64,000 bases of DNA from a virus, in the IMG/VR virus record IMGVR_UViG_3300025141_000021. One strand, given 5' to 3'. The position numbers and the translations under genes are program-made. Below are positions 59,300 to 64,000 of the stretch, piece by piece (position 1 is the stretch's first letter; every line of letters starts with the position of its first letter). The notes beneath the pieces were generated by a model. That model saw only the letters and a list, made by a program, of their open reading frames with translations, was not told the origin of the DNA and did no database searches.

Positions 59300-62200
59300 C
59301 TAAGTGATTGGATTTTTATATTTTATTTTGAATGCCAAATTTAAATCGAATTTTCTGCCTGTTGCCCTGGACGTAAACCTAACTTTAAAACGTTTTCCGT
59401 TTCTTCCGGCCGGTTGATTAATATTTTCATCGGAGTTTGTCCATATCGCATCATCATCTGGGCCCAGCTGTATGTCTGTGAGATCTACATTCGTACCAAC
59501 AACCACCGATTGAGGATCTCCAGCAGTTGGGGCGCCTTGGAGTTCTTCTGCCAGCCATGGCTCAGAAGCAAAAATCGCATCATTTCCTGATGTATCTATG
59601 TTGGATGCATCAAAATTAACCAATATCTGTTCAAGAGCCGGTTTAATTTCAACATACCTTCTGATAGAACGTGATGGTTTGGTACCTTCTTCTGTGGCCA
59701 TATTGTATTCTTTGATTGTTTGAAACACTGTTCCGCCGTCATCAACCATCTCCACTTCAAAAACCATAGTTGGGTTTGAGGTATGTCCATGATTGTCTAT
59801 GCACCTAAACATATAATAATACTTTTTATTTGGGCGTACTGTATCAAGAAAACTAGCCGATGTTGCTTCTCCATTTGTGTTGTGTCTGGCCCATAGTTTA
59901 TCAGCAAAATCGTCATACGATGATGGCTTTGTATCCATTCTAAATATTTCAAATATTGTCGGAAAATCATCTGATTTATAAACCAGTCGGCCACCTGATT
60001 CTCTATAGGGCGGGCTGTTGGGGATGTCAGCAAGAAACGAGGCCTCGTCTGGCAATATTGGAATGGGGACTGCTGCATATTTCCCAACGTTGCCATTTAA
60101 GTGGAATAAGATTCTATCGCTCTTTCCTCTATGTTGAAGTATATTAACATCTGGAAAAATGGGAGGATGATCGATAACTTTTGTAGGTTGGTTGTGCACA
60201 GCGTAAAAGGGAACCTCATATACTCTTAATACTGGCTTCCAAACCGCATCGAATTCCACGCCGGTGCGGATCGAGTTGGTCGCGCTGTTAAAATCCCGAA
60301 ACCAGTCAATAGAGTTGGATACATATTTATATTGCGTACCAATTACAAGTCGATGATTCCAAATTTTATACTTATATTTTTTGTTGTATTTCACTTGTGT
60401 GTCGACAAATTTCTTGACGCCGCGGCCACCGCCTAGGCCGGCTTCGTCATAAACTTCTGGTAAATAAAAATTTTGTATTGTATTCCAGTTTCCAAATTCA
60501 TCTTCTTCCATCTTTTCAATTCTGTAAGAAAGAGAGTAATTTGAGCACAGCGCGCCAGGTACAGATTGCCGATTCGGGCCGCCGGCGGGCGAAGTCATAA
60601 ATGGATTCATCTCGTCCATAACAAAATTTTTAAAATCTTGCGCAAACTTCATTAAACCCATTACTCTGTCTATTGCTTCAAGTTCTTCCTCGCCGGTCAG
60701 GGCGGCCACATCCACATCTTGGCCCGTGCCGCCTCCATATGCCGAAAGTACCCTAACTCTCCCTTCTCCATCTACGTGATTTGGCAAAACCGTCACATAT
60801 GGCTCAAAATTTGTTCCAAGCTTTGAAAATATTCCTGCAGCGGCTTCCATAAAATCTTCTAAATTGTTTAGAGCAACATCTTCTGCTTCCGCGTCTGCTA
60901 CAGCAGTGATTCCGGCTAATCTGGACCATTCGTCAAACCAACTGGTCATATCTAGATATCTCATGGTACCTTTGGCGCCTTGGCCGTTGGATAATACTCC
61001 CCCTTCGAAGGCGATATCCGGGTCTGGTCGTTCGCCTAGGTAGGCAGCGGTCCCAACTCCGTGCCCCGGGCCCTGAGAGCCTACCAAGGTCTGCCGGATC
61101 TTGAAGAAGCTGGCCGCCCAGTGGGCCTGGTCCGCGTCGAGTTGGATGGTTGGCATGCCGGTGCGATATGCGGACGCCCAACCTCCGCTTGTATAACGCA
61201 TCTGATACTGGGCGCTGGGTTCTTCTCCCAGAGTGTGGTCGATATTATTGTTCGTCTGCGCCTGGCGGATGTCGGCAGGAATCGTGGGATATGATTTTAC
61301 CCATTGTGTTAAAATTTCGTCTAACAATCCTGTTTCTTTCAGTTTGTTAACAATATTAAAGCCGCTATTGCCGGATGATTGATCGACCCCTCCGCCGAAT
61401 TCTATATCAACATACATGGGATATAATTTTTTCGTGGACTGATCGGAAGTAAACTCATCAAAACTTTCAGCCGGTATCATTACATTTTTCCACTTATTCG
61501 ACAATGCGTCTAGAGTGATCGCGTTGGGCGCGCCGGTATATATATCAGGGCCTGCGCGCACTGGAACTTGCGCAGAAGGCGCTTGCCCTGCTGAAAATAC
61601 ATCAATCGCAGAAGACCATTTATCATAATATTCACCATGTTGTGATTCCGCAACTTTCTCGCCGACGGCGGATTGAATATCTGTAAAGCTATTTCGAATG
61701 CTTCCGCCAAGAGATATTAAATTATAATATTCTGTAAAAGTACCATTTTGCTCAAATATGGGAGTATCAATCGCAGGATCGTATACTCCATTGCCGTCCT
61801 CATCTGTAAATCCGATTTGGGTTGTATTAACCGATGCACCATCTGCTCCTTTTGTAAACGTATCTGCCATAAACGCGTATAAGCATGGCAAAACTGTTTC
61901 TGGAATCGATGGTGAAGCTATTTTTGTTTCATATGTGGGTATATAAAAATTATATCGAGGAACAATATTAATATAAGGCGTGCCCGGGGCGGTGGTGGTG
62001 GCATTGACACCTGCAGGTATCTCACATCTAAAAGTGTCGCATTTATACCAGGTATCAAATTTAATGCTAGGTATGGCTCCTTCAGTCTTGTCAAGAAATG
62101 ATGTTATATTGCCGGCTAATGAAACACCGCCAGGAACGGCGCTTCCAATAATCGCTGCATATGCTTGTTTGGCCGCCCACCATGTGTCTGGTCCCACCCA

Positions 62201-63658
62201 GCCCATCGCATGTAATAGTTGACTATTGGTGATCCCCCCGAGCGGGAGACCCAGGTGGACGACGGCCACTGGCTGACCCGACCAATTGCTATCCGCTGAG
62301 ACGTTGTCGATATCACTATTTTTGAACTTTGGCGAGCCATCCGAATTAACGGCCACGTCGCCGTAGCCAGGATCGGCAAGTGCGGCAGGGTGTCGACCCA
62401 GCCCCTCGGCAGCCAGGTAAACAGCATCGGACTTACTTCTAAGATAATTATAACAACCGTTGACGGCGGGCGGCGTGTTTGGCAGATAATCACCAGGAAA
62501 AATCCATCCTTGCTTCCGAGCATGGGTCAAAAATGTTTCGAGGGAGGTCTTGAGGGCGGATGGCGCGCCACCGATGCGGAGATCGTTATACCAGTCGCAG
62601 TGCCAGTATGGCCCGTTGGCGATCTGGTATTGACTGGTACTGGTGTTGTCGGTAAGCTCACCGAAAGACAAGGGGCCCAGGCCAGGGGCTGAAACCAATT
62701 CAATTAACGTTTTTGTAAAACCAGTTTCGCCGCCGGTGTAGGCTGCAAGGGCGCCATCGGTACCAGAGCCGGCACCTGAATGTGATTGAGAAACAAGGCC
62801 GGCAGCATATTGTTCAGCTAGAGAATCACCTAAGAAGCTGCGAACCATGATTTCATCAAAATTTGCAGCGCCGACGGCTATGGTCGTTCCGGGTTGAGTC
62901 GCCGCGTAAGATATACTATCCGGCATGCCAATTTCAACAGCGCTGGGCATGCCAACCTTCAGTCTATATTTTCTGGATGTTCCAGTGAGGGTTAGCTTGT
63001 GAATTGCTATAAGTTCATTTTTCACGATCCCTACGGCACCAATCAACATGTCGGCCAGGTTGTCGAACTGGGCCAGGGAGGCGTTGCCGAAGAAGTCCGA
63101 GATCACAGTCTGATCCCAGACTTGGAAAGCCATTTGTGCCATGTCCGTCAGCTCCTTCTCGAGGTAGAAGCCCGACGATGCAACTTCGGCCAAGTTTGAA
63201 GCCTCAGGCGTACTATTATATTTTTGAACAAAATCTGCGGCCAAATCGAGAGCTTCTGGGCTGACCGGTGCCGGCCAGACGGGGCCCCAGGCAATCTTTA
63301 AAAGCAAAGACGGTGGAAAAAGGCTAACATTCTTCTGTTCGTCGACGTGCAAAGAATCCATGCTTGGTGGCAGGATCCGAGAAACCCACTCGTTGCCGCC
63401 CGGAGTCGGCCACGTGGCGGGATTAAAATTATACGCTCTGCGAATGAAATTAGTCCGATTCTCATGTCTTATCCAATAGCGGCCAAGAGTGAGCATGAAA
63501 TGATCTAATTCGCGACAATTCGGGCAATGACCGCGGTGGGGGGGGGCCACGGTCCAGTGCCTCCTTTTATTGTTATCTAGGTGGAAACATTTATCTTTCT
63601 CGGCGCGGCCGTCGATATATTCCTGTATGGCATAAAATATAAACCACTTTTTAGCCAT
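59300..63658 (-). CDS. Large 1452-aa probable virion protein with FN3/Ig-like C-terminal domains
   Basis: FVDTQVKYNKKYKYKI and FLDTVRPNKKYYYMFRCID..GH.SNP are FN3-like strands. Confidence 0.6.
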   Translation of the reverse strand: MAKKWFIFYAIQEYIDGRAEKDKCFHLDNNKRRHWTVAPPHRGHCPNCRELDHFMLTLGRYWIRHENRTNFIRRAYNFNPATWPTPGGNEWVSRILPPSMDSLHVDEQKNVSLFPPSLLLKIAWGPVWPAPVSPEALDLAADFVQKYNSTPEASNLAEVASSGFYLEKELTDMAQMAFQVWDQTVISDFFGNASLAQFDNLADMLIGAVGIVKNELIAIHKLTLTGTSRKYRLKVGMPSAVEIGMPDSISYAATQPGTTIAVGAANFDEIMVRSFLGDSLAEQYAAGLVSQSHSGAGSGTDGALAAYTGGETGFTKTLIELVSAPGLGPLSFGELTDNTSTSQYQIANGPYWHCDWYNDLRIGGAPSALKTSLETFLTHARKQGWIFPGDYLPNTPPAVNGCYNYLRSKSDAVYLAAEGLGRHPAALADPGYGDVAVNSDGSPKFKNSDIDNVSADSNWSGQPVAVVHLGLPLGGITNSQLLHAMGWVGPDTWWAAKQAYAAIIGSAVPGGVSLAGNITSFLDKTEGAIPSIKFDTWYKCDTFRCEIPAGVNATTTAPGTPYINIVPRYNFYIPTYETKIASPSIPETVLPCLYAFMADTFTKGADGASVNTTQIGFTDEDGNGVYDPAIDTPIFEQNGTFTEYYNLISLGGSIRNSFTDIQSAVGEKVAESQHGEYYDKWSSAIDVFSAGQAPSAQVPVRAGPDIYTGAPNAITLDALSNKWKNVMIPAESFDEFTSDQSTKKLYPMYVDIEFGGGVDQSSGNSGFNIVNKLKETGLLDEILTQWVKSYPTIPADIRQAQTNNNIDHTLGEEPSAQYQMRYTSGGWASAYRTGMPTIQLDADQAHWAASFFKIRQTLVGSQGPGHGVGTAAYLGERPDPDIAFEGGVLSNGQGAKGTMRYLDMTSWFDEWSRLAGITAVADAEAEDVALNNLEDFMEAAAGIFSKLGTNFEPYVTVLPNHVDGEGRVRVLSAYGGGTGQDVDVAALTGEEELEAIDRVMGLMKFAQDFKNFVMDEMNPFMTSPAGGPNRQSVPGALCSNYSLSYRIEKMEEDEFGNWNTIQNFYLPEVYDEAGLGGGRGVKKFVDTQVKYNKKYKYKIWNHRLVIGTQYKYVSNSIDWFRDFNSATNSIRTGVEFDAVWKPVLRVYEVPFYAVHNQPTKVIDHPPIFPDVNILQHRGKSDRILFHLNGNVGKYAAVPIPILPDEASFLADIPNSPPYRESGGRLVYKSDDFPTIFEIFRMDTKPSSYDDFADKLWARHNTNGEATSASFLDTVRPNKKYYYMFRCIDNHGHTSNPTMVFEVEMVDDGGTVFQTIKEYNMATEEGTKPSRSIRRYVEIKPALEQILVNFDASNIDTSGNDAIFASEPWLAEELQGAPTAGDPQSVVVGTNVDLTDIQLGPDDDAIWTNSDENINQPAGRNGKRFKVRFTSRATGRKFDLNLAFKIKYKNPIT

Positions 63659-64000
63659 CTAGTATTTTCCTCCGCCGCCGCGGCCTGAGCCAGATTTACC
63701 ACGCATAGTGCCGCGGCCTGTCCTAGCTTTTCTAGCCGATTTTTGGCGCGGCGGGGCCTTTATGCTAACTTTAGCTTTTTGTTGTGATGGACGCCGCCGG
63801 GGAGCTTTTGCTTTTTTTGTATCTGGGCTGCTCTTCGGCTTTTTTCGGGCGCCCTTCGGGGGTGACATGATAAAATGTTTATTATAAACGGGCATTTTTA
63901 ATCCGTGTCGAGGTGGACAAGTTTTAGGGGATTCCGCTGGGCCCGGGTCTTTATTAGCTAGTCGACAAATTTTATCCTCATCGCCCTCTTCTAAATCTGT
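63659..64000 (-). CDS. Partial CDS (C-terminal end of a gene beyond the right edge) with a Lys/Arg-rich tail
   Basis: The frame of the 78-aa track ORF stays open to 64000 (TDLEEGDEDKICRLANKDPGPAESPKTCPPRHGLK-MPVY...); TAG abuts the next ATG. Confidence 0.7.
   Translation of the reverse strand, partial: TDLEEGDEDKICRLANKDPGPAESPKTCPPRHGLKMPVYNKHFIMSPPKGARKKPKSSPDTKKAKAPRRRPSQQKAKVSIKAPPRQKSARKARTGRGTMRGKSGSGRGGGGKY

Noticed and set aside
63-62692. Numerous + strand ORFs of 60-157 aa in the track
   Set aside because: All lie antisense to well-supported minus-strand genes, and I recognised no motifs in them. They are shadow frames of a one-strand gene layout.
1-64000. Stop-codon reassignment (code 15/4), as seen in some huge phages
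   Set aside because: Core genes are full length in code 11, and TAG and TGA terminate tightly coupled genes (for example bS21 and the helicase).
1-64000. tRNA genes, CRISPR array, group I introns, inteins, homing endonucleases, DGR
   Set aside because: No cloverleafs, spaced repeat arrays, interrupted core ORFs, oversize RNR/RecA/helicase/terminase, or reverse transcriptase were seen. A tRNAscan/Infernal run would be the definitive check.

Overview
This 64 kb window is an internal segment of a large T4-like myophage genome, probably a jumbo or 'huge' phage of the kind that encodes ribosomal protein bS21. Every credible gene is on the minus strand and genes are tightly packed. TAA, TAG and TGA all act as stops (code 11), and the + strand ORFs look like shadows. 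Reading in the transcription direction (right to left): large virion proteins and paralogous baseplate/fibre-collar proteins; RuvC-like resolvase, primase and a single-chain Mre11-Rad50 (gp47-gp46) fusion; a holin-like gene, a cluster of small unknown proteins sharing an N-terminal MK(L/I)T--L--II-EE leader, and a spanin-like pair; terminase, portal, prohead protease, bS21, a 1399-aa repeat fibre, scaffold and major capsid protein; neck, sheath, tube, tail chaperone with a probable +1 frameshift, tape measure and baseplate hub; then a replication/accessory block (mini family-A polymerase, MazG-like protein, tubulin/PhuZ-like protein, gp32 SSB, FKBP, DUF262, RecA, deaminase, esterase, 5'-3' exonuclease, nucleotidyltransferase, DnaB helicase, class II RNR, GroES). 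The main candidate new system is a late-expressed set of unrelated payload proteins carrying capsid-targeting-like, protease-cleavable leaders, including a Pol-beta nucleotidyltransferase. Other notable signals are a non-T4 late-promoter motif RCTA(T/A/C)TTA, a 27-bp direct repeat flanking the FKBP gene, and a sigma70 promoter whose -10 box sits in the loop of a perfect 16-bp inverted repeat. All family assignments come from motif recognition by eye; no database searches were run. I found no tRNA, rRNA, CRISPR array, intron, intein or transposon.
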